DNA of 61,746 nt, the filler included, from Chiloscyllium plagiosum (lineage: Eukaryota): assembly GCF_004010195.1 (NCBI RefSeq). It is 3 parts of one record of this genome, joined end to end, with 100 filler letters (N's around TTAATTAATTAA, not from the genome) between each part and the next. Parts side by side here need not be neighbours in the genome. Positions count along the whole stretch, not along the records: positions 30,999 to 45,068 come from NC_057717.1; positions 45,169 to 61,746 come from NC_057717.1; 1 more part is not named here. One strand, written 5' to 3'. The notes under the pieces were generated by a model, which ran no database searches, was not told the origin of the DNA, and worked only from the letters and a program-made list of their open reading frames with translations. Position numbers and translations under genes: made by a program. Positions 38,856-51,100 of the stretch are shown here, one piece after another. Position 1 is the first letter of the stretch. Each line of letters begins with the position of its first letter.

Positions 38856-39355
38856 NNNNNNNNNNNNNNNNNNNNNNNNNNNNNNNNNNNNNNNNNNNNN
38901 NNNNNNNNNNNNNNNNNNNNNNNNNNNNNNNNNNNNNNNNNNNNNNNNNNNNNNNNNNNNNNNNNNNNNNNNNNNNNNNNNNNNNNNNNNNNNNNNNNNN
39001 NNNNNNNNNNNNNNNNNNNNNNNNNNNNNNNNNNNNNNNNNNNNNNNNNNNNNNNNNNNNNNNNNNNNNNNNNNNNNNNNNNNNNNNNNNNNNNNNNNNN
39101 NNNNNNNNNNNNNNNNNNNNNNNNNNNNNNNNNNNNNNNNNNNNNNNNNNNNNNNNNNNNNNNNNNNNNNNNNNNNNNNNNNNNNNNNNNNNNNNNNNNN
39201 NNNNNNNNNNNNNNNNNNNNNNNNNNNNNNNNNNNNNNNNNNNNNNNNNNNNNNNNNNNNNNNNNNNNNNNNNNNNNNNNNNNNNNNNNNNNNNNNNNNN
39301 NNNNNNNNNNNNNNNNNNNNNNNNNNNNNNNNNNNNNNNNNNNNNNNNNNNNNNN

Positions 39356-41075
39356 GGCTTGTAAGCATTTTTGTTTACTTTTAATTGGTGAATGATTCCC
39401 TTTAACATTCCAGGTGCACCATTTAAATGCAGCCATAGACATAGACATCTGAAATAGTGCGTGAATCCCTAGGAGGAAGAACCCAGGGGTTCATGTACAG
39501 AAGGAAAATAGCGTACAGAAGGAAAATAGTAAACAATTTGTATAAATTTATAAACACAACTTCCAAAACTACCAAATCAGAAACTTCTAATATCTTCGCC
39601 TACAACAGACCAACAACTAATACAAATGAATGGGAATTTGTCCCTTCCCTGCAGGTGATGCTCATACTATACATTAACCCCTTCATGGCTCCTTTCAGCT
39701 GAAACCATTCCTTCGCCCCAGACAGCTCAAAGTAAGGAAAGGTTACGCGCATTTTATAACAAGAACATTTAAAGTGGGCACTGAACCCGTCCTACAAACG
39801 TTTTAACCCTCGCCACACCCGGTTAAAAATAAAACAAAATAAAACACTACCCGACTTCCCCAACCACGCCGCAGCCCATATCAAGGGAGAGAAATGAAAA
39901 GGAAATGATAAAATTGAAAACAAAGGATAATGGGAGGAGAGACAAGGGAGAAGTGAGAGCAAAACGAAAAAGAAGGAGGACACCCTCAAATACATAAAAG
40001 AAACCAAGAAACAGGTAAACCACAGAGAAAAGATAAAGTAAACATTATTGTCCACATTATTTGAGTCAGCCCGTCTACTTTAAGGTGCCCAGGAAGTCCT
40101 TTGCCTTTTATGGTGAGTCAAAATTAAACACGGACCCTCCATGCCTGAAATGGAATATTGCAGGATATATAATAGTGTAATGGAGATTCAAGTCCCCCAG
40201 CCGATTTTTTAACCCATCAAAGGCCTTCATTTTGCGAATCACGATCGCAGAAATGTTCTGGAAAAGCATAATTCGCCATCCTTTGTATATCAGAGACTGT
40301 GGCTCCTTCCTCATTGCTCGAGAAACTTCTTGCACCATTTGCTTATCTCTGTAACTGCTGGTGTCACACTAGGACCGGGTGGGGGCGCTGGTCCATGTCG
40401 GGCCTGTGCACTGTGACCGGTGGGCTCACTCACCCGAACCCGTCCAGACCTGACTCCCAGCTTCAATAACTGCGGGAGCCATTGCTCCAAGAAGCTGACC
40501 AGCTGGAATCCCTCTTCCTGTTCCTGCAGCCAGATGATCTTCCGCCAGCCTTGATTTTCGAGCTCATCGACTTGCTCTTCCAAAGCCCGTACCTGCTGTT
40601 CCAGGGCCTGAACCTGACACGCCAAGGATTCCATCATGGTTTCAGAGGCTGCAGTCCATTGCTCCACGTCCATGATGTGCTGCTTGGGATGTTGGATCTC
40701 CTGGCCATGCTTCTGCAGCATAACGGAGATCGGTTCAAGCCTGGCCCGGGACTCCTCCATCGCTGAATTGATCTTCTCTCAGAGTTTCACAAACTTCACG
40801 ACCAGGCTCTGCTCCACAGCTGAGTCCCCGCGAGCGCTCGCTGAGGTTGATGGTTCAGGCGCAGATGTGTCCCTTGCTGTCGGGGAGTGCCCTGCTTGTT
40901 GCAATCCTCGCAGTCCCATCCCTTTACACATTTATCTAACAATGTTAAAATCATACTCAGCAATTCTGGGCGGCAAATACAAATTATATCGACCACAATG
41001 GATAATAAATGGAGAGTGAGTGCCTCATTTTTTTGGGTTCTGGTGCAGAGTTCAGCAAGGCAAGCGTACTGAATC
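39356..41075 (-). mobile_element. L1-clade LINE 5' region (ORF1 relic, spacer, start of ORF2)
   Basis: Coiled coil ending VDELENQGWRKII...FLEQWLPQLL; C-terminal domain YKGWRIMLFQNIS...YTIIYPAIF; ORF2 start MAAFKWCTWNVKGNHSPIK running into the gap. Confidence 0.85.
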
Positions 41076-41394
41076 CCCCCACCTATATCTTCTTAACAAC
41101 CCGATCAACCTGGCTGTCAGCTTACAAGGATCTATGCACATAGACACCGAGATCTCTCTTGCCCTCCTTATGACCATGAATCTTCCCATTAGCCGATTAC
41201 TTCTTATTCCTGCTGCTCCTTCTGAAGTGCATCACCTCACACGTTTACACATTAAACTCCATTTGCAACCTCTAAGCCCAGCCGTGCAGCTTATCTATGT
41301 TCCTGTGTAACCTCCAACATCTTTCAGCAGTATCCACAACTCCAAAGTCTTTGTGTCATCTGCAAATTTACTAAGCCATTCAAAGCTCTTGGAA

Positions 41395-43105
41395 TGGGAT
41401 GGTATGGAATCAGATGAAGGAAACGGAGTTTGTCACCCTAACAGAGGGCAGTGACGCCCATGCTCCCAATATATAAATAGCAAGGGCAGTGAGGCAATGG
41501 GTCACCGCTGAAACTCAATTGGTTAACATGGAGATCCATGAGTAACACTTCCAGAAGCAAGAAGGGAGACAGTAATTGAACAAATCCCCTGATGCAATTT
41601 GTAGTAGTCTGCAGAGTGAATATCTGGATTCAGGGCCTCAATAGGATCAATAATGGTGGCAAGAAGTGAAGACTGTATGAAAGAACAGTAATGCTGTCAT
41701 AACTGGTTTATAGAAAAAAATAGNNNNNNNNNNNNNNNNNNNNNNNNNNNNNNNNNNNNNNNNNNNNNNNNNNNNNNNNNNNNNNNNNNNNNNNNNNNNN
41801 NNNNNNNNNNNNNNNNNNNNNNNNNNNNNNNNNNNNNNNNNNNNNNNNNNNNNNNNNNNNNNNNNNNNNNNNNNNNNNNNNNNNNNNNNNNNNNNNNNNN
41901 NNNNNNNNNNNNNNNNNNNNNNNNNNNNNNNNNNNNNNNNNNNNNNNNNNNNNNNNNNNNNNNNNNNNNNNNNNNNNNNNNNNNNNNNNNNNNNNNNNNN
42001 NNNNNNNNNNNNNNNNNNNNNNNNNNNNNNNNNNNNNNNNNNNNNNNNNNNNNNNNNNNNNNNNNNNNNNNNNNNNNNNNNNNNNNNNNNNNNNNNNNNN
42101 NNNNNNNNNNNNNNNNNNNNNNNNNNNNNNNNNNNNNNNNNNNNNNNNNNNNNNNNNNNNNNNNNNNNNNNNNNNNNNNNNNNNNNNNNNNNNNNNNNNN
42201 NNNNNNNNNNNNNNNNNNNNNNNNNNNNNNNNNNNNNNNNNNNNNNNNNNNNNNNNNNNNNNNNNNNNNNNNNNNNNNNNNNNNNNNNNNNNNNNNNNNN
42301 NNNNNNNNNNNNNNNNNNNNNNNNNNNNNNNNNNNNNNNNNNNNNNNNNNNNNNNNNNNNNNNNNNNNNNNNNNNNNNNNNNNNNNNNNNNNNNNNNNNN
42401 NNNNNNNNNNNNNNNNNNNNNNNNNNNNNNNNNNNNNNNNNNNNNNNNNNNNNNNNNNNNNNNNNNNNNNNNNNNNNNNNNNNNNNNNNNNNNNNNNNNN
42501 NNNNNNNNNNNNNNNNNNNNNNNNNNNNNNNNNNNNNNNNNNNNNNNNNNNNNNNNNNNNNNNNNNNNNNNNNNNNNNNNNNNNNNNNNNNNNNNNNNNN
42601 NNNNNNNNNNNNNNNNNNNNNNNNNNNNNNNNNNNNNNNNNNNNNNNNNNCAGATACTGATCTCTCCTCCCCTTCTCTCTGGAGGTGCTGATCTCTGTTA
42701 GTGCTGTCGGTGATGCTCCCACCCATACAATGGAATAACACATTGAACGGAGCTCATTTATCATTAAAAGATGGTAACTCTCCACCGGGATAATTAGAAT
42801 CCATGGAGATCGGCACTAATCACAGTCACTGAAAAGACAGGCTCAGTTAACCCCTTCGTTACTTCCCTTTTCATATCACAATAAATGTGAGCATTTACTC
42901 AGTCTGGATGGAAAGCACGAGCGTTACTGATCGATGAACCATAAAACTTTCAATCTATTTAATCGTTTTTCCTTGCATGTGGGCGTATTGCTGGAACACT
43001 GCAGGGTTGTATATCCACCACCCTGTTTATAAAAGGAGACGGGGATAAAATAAGCAGCTACAAAATATTCAGCTACAAAAAATGACTGGTGGGGAAATGT
43101 CTAGA
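41395..43105 (-). other. Inverted paralog of the GPR139-like exon-1 locus; coding exon hidden in gap 41724-42650
   Basis: 42651-43105 aligns in reverse complement to ~11940-12381 (upstream region) and 41395-41723 to ~12691-13017 (start of intron 1). Confidence 0.85.
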
Positions 43106-43436
43106 GACTTTATACAAAGGTACGATATTTATTGCCAAATGACGTTGTGTGAGGCTACTCCTGGGTACAAGTGCTCAGTTATCACATCATTTCATATCTT
43201 TGAGACAAAACATTGGGACATATACTCAGGAATGTGTTATTCGAGTTTCTGTAACTGAGAAAGGAGAGACCTTCATTTGATACAGTTTACCAGCCGTTCA
43301 TAATCCACGGGTTGCTGGGTTATTTAATGTCTCGGGCCTATTACAGAGGGTTAGTAGGAGGCCATTCAACATCTTGACCCTGTTGCAGAAGGACAGGTGA
43401 TGATCTGACACCTGAATACAGGCTGAGGGGACCAGT

Positions 43437-43995
43437 TGTAGTCAGGGGTGACCAGTTAACTGTTGCTCTTCATAATCTAGGTGGCAACAAGATGGCTTCT
43501 CGGTGCAAATACACGATAAAATCGCTTCTAGGCTGCAAACTGACAACTCTGCTAAAGCCGCAGAAAATGGCTTTTATGTTGCTGAGTGCTAATTCAGTAT
43601 AAGTGACTAACCACAGTCTGCTTCAGTAGTGATTAGCAGATAATGCACCACTTGAAGCATAGAAGTAACTCAGCTAGATAAGACAGTTTTAGCCGGCCTT
43701 TGGGTGCAGGTGCAATGGCTCGGTTCGTGATACAAGAGTAATATCGAGTATTGATAGGCAATTATCTGAATGTACACTTCCTTCAGAAGTCTTTGTTGTG
43801 AGCTTTGTGCACAGTTACACCAAGGAACACGGAAGTGTATAACCTCTGTGTTTCTGCACGCTCTGTACACGGCCGCATGAAAAATAAAGAGTACATTCTT
43901 AACAGCCAGATCAATTACGAGTGTTTATTGACCGATCGCCGAAGCGAGAGACTTTGCTGGGGGTCCAGATCATCACCTGGTGTCGTGACTCGGAT
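43437..43995 (+). mobile_element. Retroviral 5' LTR and tRNA-His primer-binding site
   Basis: TG at 43437 (start tentative) to CA at 43975; TATA-like tataa near 43838; AATAAA at 43883. PBS TGGTGTCGTGACTCGGAT at 43978-43995 has one mismatch to the tRNA-His complement TGGTGCCGTGACTCGGAT. Confidence 0.8.
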
Positions 43996-44219
43996 TCGGT
44001 ATGGACAGATTGCAGACAATAGTGTCAGAGCCTTCAGACCTCCACGATTGAGTGTAGAGAAATTGGCCGGGCCAGATGTGAGTATATTCTCCATTTGGTT
44101 TTCCTCACATTCAAACGTGGTTGACTCGACCCCTCACTCTCTATCGTTCTAGTGCAGCCCGAAAAGATCCTAATAAGAATAGATAACGAAATGAAAAAAA
44201 GGAGTCGGGGACTCTCGGT

Positions 44220-45068
44220 AGTTGTCCAAAAATTTGGCACGCCAGACCAGTATCAACTGGTTCAAGATTGTAGAGCTATCAATGCTATTGCACTGCCTAA
44301 TCACGCAATGGTCCCAAATCAAGCTCATATTCTGGTCTTGGTACCATCAGACGCTAAATGGTTCACTGTTGTTGACCTGCAACATGTTTGTTTTTTTTTC
44401 TCTCCGCTTCTTCATGAAGACAGTCAGCACCTATTTGTCCTTACTTTTATTGGCCAGCTGTTTATATGGACTCGACTACCTCAGGGCTTCATATATTCTC
44501 CGACCCATATCCCTCAGGCATTACAGAAACAATTGCGGTCTGTCACCCTCACAGGTGGGTCTGCACTGAGCCAGTATGGAGATGACCTCCTTGTTGCCAG
44601 TCTAGATCAAGAATCTGGTCACCCCGATGTTGTCCGCCTCCTCATCTATCTGGAACGTCTGGGCTATGTTGCTTTTCCCGAAAAAGTCTCAATCGTACAA
44701 TGTCAGGTATAGTTTTTAGGTTTTATGCTACCAGCTGATTCATGCTCCCTTGAGCAGATCCATATTACTCCTATCGTCAACTTCCCGGTCCCAACAACGT
44801 GAAACAGGTTCGTCCGTGGCTGGGCATGGTCAAATTCTGCCGACAATGGATCCCTAACACTGCCCTCCTCGTTCAGATATTGACCCCCTTTATTTCCTGT
44901 GAAGGTACCTTCGAGTTCTCCTCAGAGGCATAGGAAGCCTTCGACAAACGAGCCTTGTCACAAGCTCCAGCTTAGGGAAGACCCCTCTATGACAGACCTT
45001 TCCAACTTTACTGCACGATTCTGGATGACTGTGCTTCCTCAGTTCTCACTCAACTACATGGAGATCAC
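44220..45068 (+). pseudogene. pol: Endogenous retrovirus pol fragment (RT and connection region), class I gamma/epsilon-like
   Basis: YQLVQDCRAIN, VPNQAHIL, KWFTVVDL, WTRLPQGFIYSPT, QYGDDLLVAS, WLGMVKFCRQWIP, APA*GRPLYDRPFQLY, SVLTQLHGD; contains stops and frameshifts. Confidence 0.92.
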
Positions 45069-45168
45069 NNNNNNNNNNNNNNNNNNNNNNNNNNNNNNNN
45101 NNNNNNNNNNNNTTAATTAATTAANNNNNNNNNNNNNNNNNNNNNNNNNNNNNNNNNNNNNNNNNNNN
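45069..45168. other. Artificial scaffold join (N44-TTAATTAATTAA-N44)
   Basis: Identical to 30899-30998. Confidence 0.95.
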
Positions 45169-48100
45169 GTCAGGGTGATGGTGATAGAGTGAGTGTGAGG
45201 GGTTCAGGATGATGGTGATGGAGTGAATGTGAGAGAGTCAGGGTGACAATAATGGAGTGACAGTGATGGAGTGAGTGTGAGAGGGTGAGTGTGCCGGTGA
45301 TGGAGAGAGTGTGAGGGGGTCAGGGTGATGGTGATAGAGTGAGTGTGAGGGGTTCAGGATGATGGTGATGGAGTGAATGTGAGAGAGTCAGGGTGACAAT
45401 AATGGAGTGAGTGTGAGAGGGTGAATGTGAGAGGGTGAGTGTGCCGGTGATGGATCGAGTGTGAGGGGGTCAGTTTGACAGTGATGGAGTGAATGTGAGG
45501 GGGTCAGGGTGTCAGTGATGGAGTGAGTGTGAATCGGCCAGGGTGACAGTGATGGAGGGAGTGTGAGGGGATGAGTGTGCCAGTGATGGAGTGAGTGTGA
45601 GGGTTTCAGAGTGACGGTGATGGATTGAGTGTGAGAGGGCCGGTGTGACAGTGATTGAGTGAGTGCGAGAGGGTCAGTGTGACTGTGCTGGAGTGAGTGT
45701 GAGGGGGTCAGGCTGACAAAGATGGAGTGAGTGTGAGGGCGTCAGGGTGACAGTGATCGAGTAAAAGTGGGAGAGTCAGGGTGACAGTGATTGAGTGAGT
45801 GTGAGAAGGATTGAGTGACAGAGATGGAGTGAGTGTGAGAGGGTCAGTGTGACGGTGATGGAGTGAGTGTGTGGGGGTCATGGTGACGGTGATAAAGTGA
45901 TGTTGGGAAGTCAGGGTGACTGTGATTGAGTGTGATTGAGGGGTCAGTGTGACTGTACTGGAGTGAGTGTGAGGGGATCATGTTGACAGTGATGGAGTGA
46001 GTGTGAGGGGTCAGGGTGACAGTGATCAAGTGAGTGTGAGGGGGTTAGGATGACAGAGATCGAGTTGGTGTGAGAGGGTCAGTGTGACGGTGATGGATTG
46101 TGTGAGCGTGTCATGTTGACTGTGATGGAGTGAGTGTGAGGGGTTAGGGTGACAGTGATTGAGTGAGTTTGAGGATGATTGTGTGACGATGCTGGAATGT
46201 CTTTGAGGGTGAGAGGTTGACAGTGATGAAGTGAGTGTGAGGGGGTCAGGCTGACAGTGATGGAGTGAGTGTGAAGGGGTCAGGGTTACAATGATGGAGT
46301 AAGTGTGAGAGGGTCACAGTGCCCGTGATGGACTGAGTGTGAGGGTGTCAGTGTGACTGTGCTGGAGTGATTATGAGGGTGTGAGGGTGACAGTGATTGA
46401 GTGAGCGTGAGGGGGATTGAGTGACTCAGATGGAGTGAGTGAGAGAGGGTCAGTGTGATGGCGATGGAGTGAGTGTGAGGGGGTCAGGCTGACAGTGATG
46501 GAGTGAGTGTGATGGGGTCAGGATGACAGTGATGGAGTGAGTGTGAGGGAGTCAGGGTGACGGTGATGGAGTGACTGATGGGGTCATGGTGACGGTGTTG
46601 GAGTGAGTGTGAGGGGTTACACATGACAGTGTTAGAGTGAGTGTGATGGTTTCAGGGAGTAGTAATGGAGTGAGTGTGAGGGGGTCAGGGTGACAGTGAT
46701 GCAGTGAGTGTGAGGGAGTCTGTGTGACGGAGATGGAGCGAGTATGAGGGGGTCAGGTTAACGGTGATGGAGTGTGTGTGAGGGATCCATGGTGACGGTG
46801 ATGGAGTGAGTGTGACGGGGTCAGGATGACAGTGATGGAGTGAGTGTGAGGGGGTCAGGATGACAGTGATGGAGTGAGTGTGAGGGGTTCAAGGCGATGG
46901 TGTTGGAGTGTGTGTGAGTAGATCAGTGTGACGGTGATGGAGTGACTGATGGGGTCCGGGTGACTGTGATTGAGTGAGTGTGAGGGGTTCAGTGAGATAG
47001 TAATGGAGTGTGTGTGAGGAGATCAGGGTGACAGTGATGGAGTGAGTGTGAGTGGGCCGGTGTGACGGTGATGGAGTGAGTGTGAGCGGGTCATGGTGAC
47101 AGTGATAGAGAGTGTGAGGGGGTCGGAGTGATGGTGATGGAGTGAGTGTGAGGGCGTCAGAGTGACAGTGGCAGAGTGAGTGTGAGGGGTTAAGGGTGAT
47201 GGTGATGGAGTAAGTGTGAGGGCGGCAGGGTGATTGTGATGGAGTGAGTGTGAGGGGTTAAGGGTGATGGTGATGGAGTGAGTGTGAGGTGACCAAGGTG
47301 CAGTGATGGAGTGAGTGTGAGGGGGAACGGTATGACAGTGACAGAGTGAGTGTGTGGGGATCATGGTGACGGTGATGAAGTGAGTGTAAGGGTGTTAGGG
47401 TGACTGTAATGGAGTGAGTATGAGGGGGTCAGGGCGACAATGATGGAGTGAGTGTGAGAGGATCAGTGTGACCGTGATGGAGTGTGTGTGAGGGGGCCAG
47501 GGTAATGGTGATGGAGTGAGTGTGAGTGGGCCGGTGTGATGGTGATGGAGTGAGTGTGTGGGGGTCATGTTGACTGTAATGGAGTGAGTGTGAGGGGGTC
47601 AGGGTGACAATGATGGAGTGAGCGGGAGCGACCAGGGTGACAGAGATCTAGTGAGTGTGAGGGGATCAGTGTGACCGTAATGGAGTGAGTGTGAGGGAGT
47701 CCGGGTGACTGTGATTGAGTGAGTGTGAGGGGTCAGTGTGACTGTACTGGAGTCAGTGTGAGGGGGTCAGGCTGACAATAATGGCATGACTGTGAGTGGT
47801 CAGGGTGATAGTGATCAAGTGAGTGTGAGGGGGTTAGGGTGACAGAGATCGAGTAAGTGTGAGAGGGTCAGTGTGACTGTGATGGAGTGTGTGGGAGCCT
47901 GTCAGGTTGACAGTGATGGAGTGAGTGTGAGGGTGATTGTGTGACGATGATGGAGTGTGTGATTGGGTGTGAGGGTGACTGTGATGGAGTGAGTGTGAAT
48001 GGGTCAGTGTGACTGTCATGGAGTGTGTGGGGGGGATTATGGTGATGGAGTGAGCGTGAGGGAGTCAGGGTGATGGTGATGGAGTGAATGTGAGGTGTCA

Positions 48101-51100
48101 GGCTGACTGATGGAGTGAGCGTGAGGGGTCAGCGTGACTGTAATGGACTGAGTTTGAGGGTGTCAGGTTGGCGCTGATAGAGTGAGTGTGAGGAGGTTAG
48201 GGTGACAGTGATCGAGTGATTGTGATACGGTCAGTGTGACGGTGATGGAGTGAGTGTGAGGGGGTCAGGGTGACGGTGATAGAGTGAGTGTGGGTGGTCA
48301 GGATAACAGTGATGGAGTGAGTGTGAGGGGGTCAGGGTGACAATGATGGAATGAGTTTGAGGGGATGAGTGTGACCCTGATGGAGTGTGTGTGACGGTGC
48401 CAGGGTGACGGTGATGGAGTGAGTGTCGGGGGTTATTGTGACGGTGATGAAGTGAGTGTGTCTGAGGGGGACAAGGTAACGGTGATGTAGTGAGTGTGAG
48501 TGGGCCGGTGTGATAGTGACAGAGTGAGTGTGTGGGGATCATGAGGGTGACAATGATGGAATGAGGTTGATGGAATGAGTGTGACCCTGATGGAGTGAGT
48601 GTGAGGGGTCAGAGTGATGGTGATGCTGGGAGTGTGAGGGGGTCAGGCTGACGGTGATGGACTGAGTATGAGGGAGTCAGTGTGACGGTGATGGAGTGAG
48701 TGTGAGGGAATCATGGTGACTGTGATGGAGTGAATGTAAAGAGGTCAGGGTGACTGATGGAGTGAGTGAGAGGGGTCAGGGTGACTGTAATGGAGTGGGT
48801 TTGAGGGTGTCATGGTGACGGTGATGGAGTGAGTGTGAGGGGGTCAGGGTAATGGTGATGGAATGAGTGTGAGAGAGTCTGGGTGACAATAATGGAGTGA
48901 GTGTGAGAGGGTGAATGTGAGAGTGTGAGAGGGAGAGTGTGAGGGGGTCAGTTTGACAGTGATGGAGTGAGTGTGAGGGGGTCAGGGTTATAGTGATTGA
49001 ATGAGTGTGAGGGGGCCAAGGTGACAGTGATGGAGTGAGTGTGAGTGGGCCAGGGTGACAGTGATGGAGTGAGTGTGAGGGGATGAGTGTGCCGGTGATG
49101 GAGTGAGTGTGAGAGGGTCAGTGTGACTGTGCTGGAGTGAGTGTGAGGGGGTCAGGCTGACAAAGGCGGAGTGAGTGTGAGGGCGTCAGGGTGACAGTGA
49201 TCGAGTAAGAGTGAGAGAGTCAGGGTTACAGTGATTGAGTGAGTGTGAGAGGGATTGAGTGACAGAGATGGAGTGAGTGTGAGAGGATCAGTGTGATGGT
49301 GATGGAGAGAGTGTGAGGGGATCAGGGTGACAGTGATGGAGTGAGTGTGAGTGGACTGGTGTGAAGGTGATCGAGTGAGTGTGTGGGGGTCATGGTGACG
49401 GTGATGAAGTGAGTGTTGTGGTGTCAGGGTGACTGTGATTGAGGGTGATTGAGGGGTCAGTGTGACTGTACTGGAGTGAGTGTGAGTGGGTCAGGCTGAC
49501 AGTGATGGAGTGACTGTGAGAGTTCAGGGTGACAGTGATCAAGTGAGTGTGAGGGGGTTAGGATGACAGAGATCAAGTTGGTGTGAGAGGGTCAGTGTGA
49601 CGGTGATGGAGTGTGTGAGCGTGTCATGTTGACAGTGATGGAGTGAGTGTGAGGGGTTAGGGTGACAGTGATTGAGTGAGTGTGAGGCGTTAGGGTGACA
49701 GTGATTGAGTGAGTGTGAGGATGATTGTGTGACGATGCTGGAATGTCTTTGAGGGTGAGATTTTGACAGTGATGAAGTGAGTGTGAGGGGGTCAGGCTGA
49801 CAGGGATGGAGTGAGTGTGAAGGGGTCAGGGTGACAATGATGGAGTGAGTGTGAGAGGGTCACAGTGCCCGTGATGGATTGAGTGTGAGGGGGTCAGTGT
49901 GATTGTGTTGGAGTGATCGTGAGGGGGTTAAGGTGACAGTGATTGAGTGAGTGTGAGGGGGATTGAGTGGCTCAGATGGAGTGAGTGAGAGAGGGTCAGT
50001 GTGACAGTGATGGAGTGAGTGTGAGGGAGTCAGGGTGACGGTGATGGAGTGACTGTGTTGGGGTCAGGGTGACGGTGATGGAGTGAGTGTGAGGGGTTCA
50101 GGGAGACAGTAATGGAGTGAGTGTGAGGGGGTCAGGGTGACAGTGATGCAGTGAGTGTGAGGGGGTCTGTGTGACGGAGATGGAGCGAGTATGAGGGGGT
50201 CAGGCTAACGGTGATGGAGTGTGTGTGAGGGATCCATGGTGACGGTGAAGGAGTGAGTGTGACGGGGTCAGGATGACAGTGATGGAGTGAGTGTGAGGGG
50301 GTCAAGGCGATGGTGATGGAGTGTGTGTGAGTAGATCAGTGTGACGGTGATGGAGTGACTGTGATGGGGTCCGGGTGACTGTGATTGAGTGAGTGTGAGT
50401 GGTTCAGGGAGACAGTAATGGAGTGTGTGTGAGGGGGTTAGGGTGACAGTGATGGAGTGAGTTTGAGAGGGTCAGTGTGACGGTGATGGAGTGAGTGTGA
50501 GCGGGTCATGGCTGACGGTGATAGTGTGAGCGTGAGGGGATCAGTGTGACCATGATGGAGTGAGTGTGAGGGGGTCAGGATAACAGTGATTGATGGAGTG
50601 AGTGAGTGTGCGTCATGGTGACTGTAATGGAGTGAGTGTGAGGGGGTCAGGGTGACAGTGGCAGAGTGAGTGTGAGGGGTTAAGGGTGATGGTGGTGGAG
50701 TGAGTGTGAGGACGTCAGTGTGACGGTGATGGAGTGAGTGTGAGGGGGCCAAGGTGCAGTGATGGAGTGAGTGTGAGGGGGACAGTATGACAGTGACAGA
50801 GTGAGTGTGTGGGGATCATGGTGACGGTGATGAAGTGAGTGTGAGGGGGCCAAGGTGCAGTGATGGAGTGAGTGTGAGGGGGACAGTATGACAGTGACAG
50901 AGTGAGTGTGGTGGGATCATGGTGACGGTGATGAAGTGAGTGTGAGGGGATTAGGGTGACTGTAATGGAGTGGGTGTGAGGGTGTCATGGTGACGGTGAT
51001 GGAGTGAGTGTGAGGGGGTCAGGGTGATCGTGATGGAGTGAGTGTGAGGGGCTCAGGGCGACAATAATGGAGTGAGTGTGAGAGGATCAGTGTGACCATG

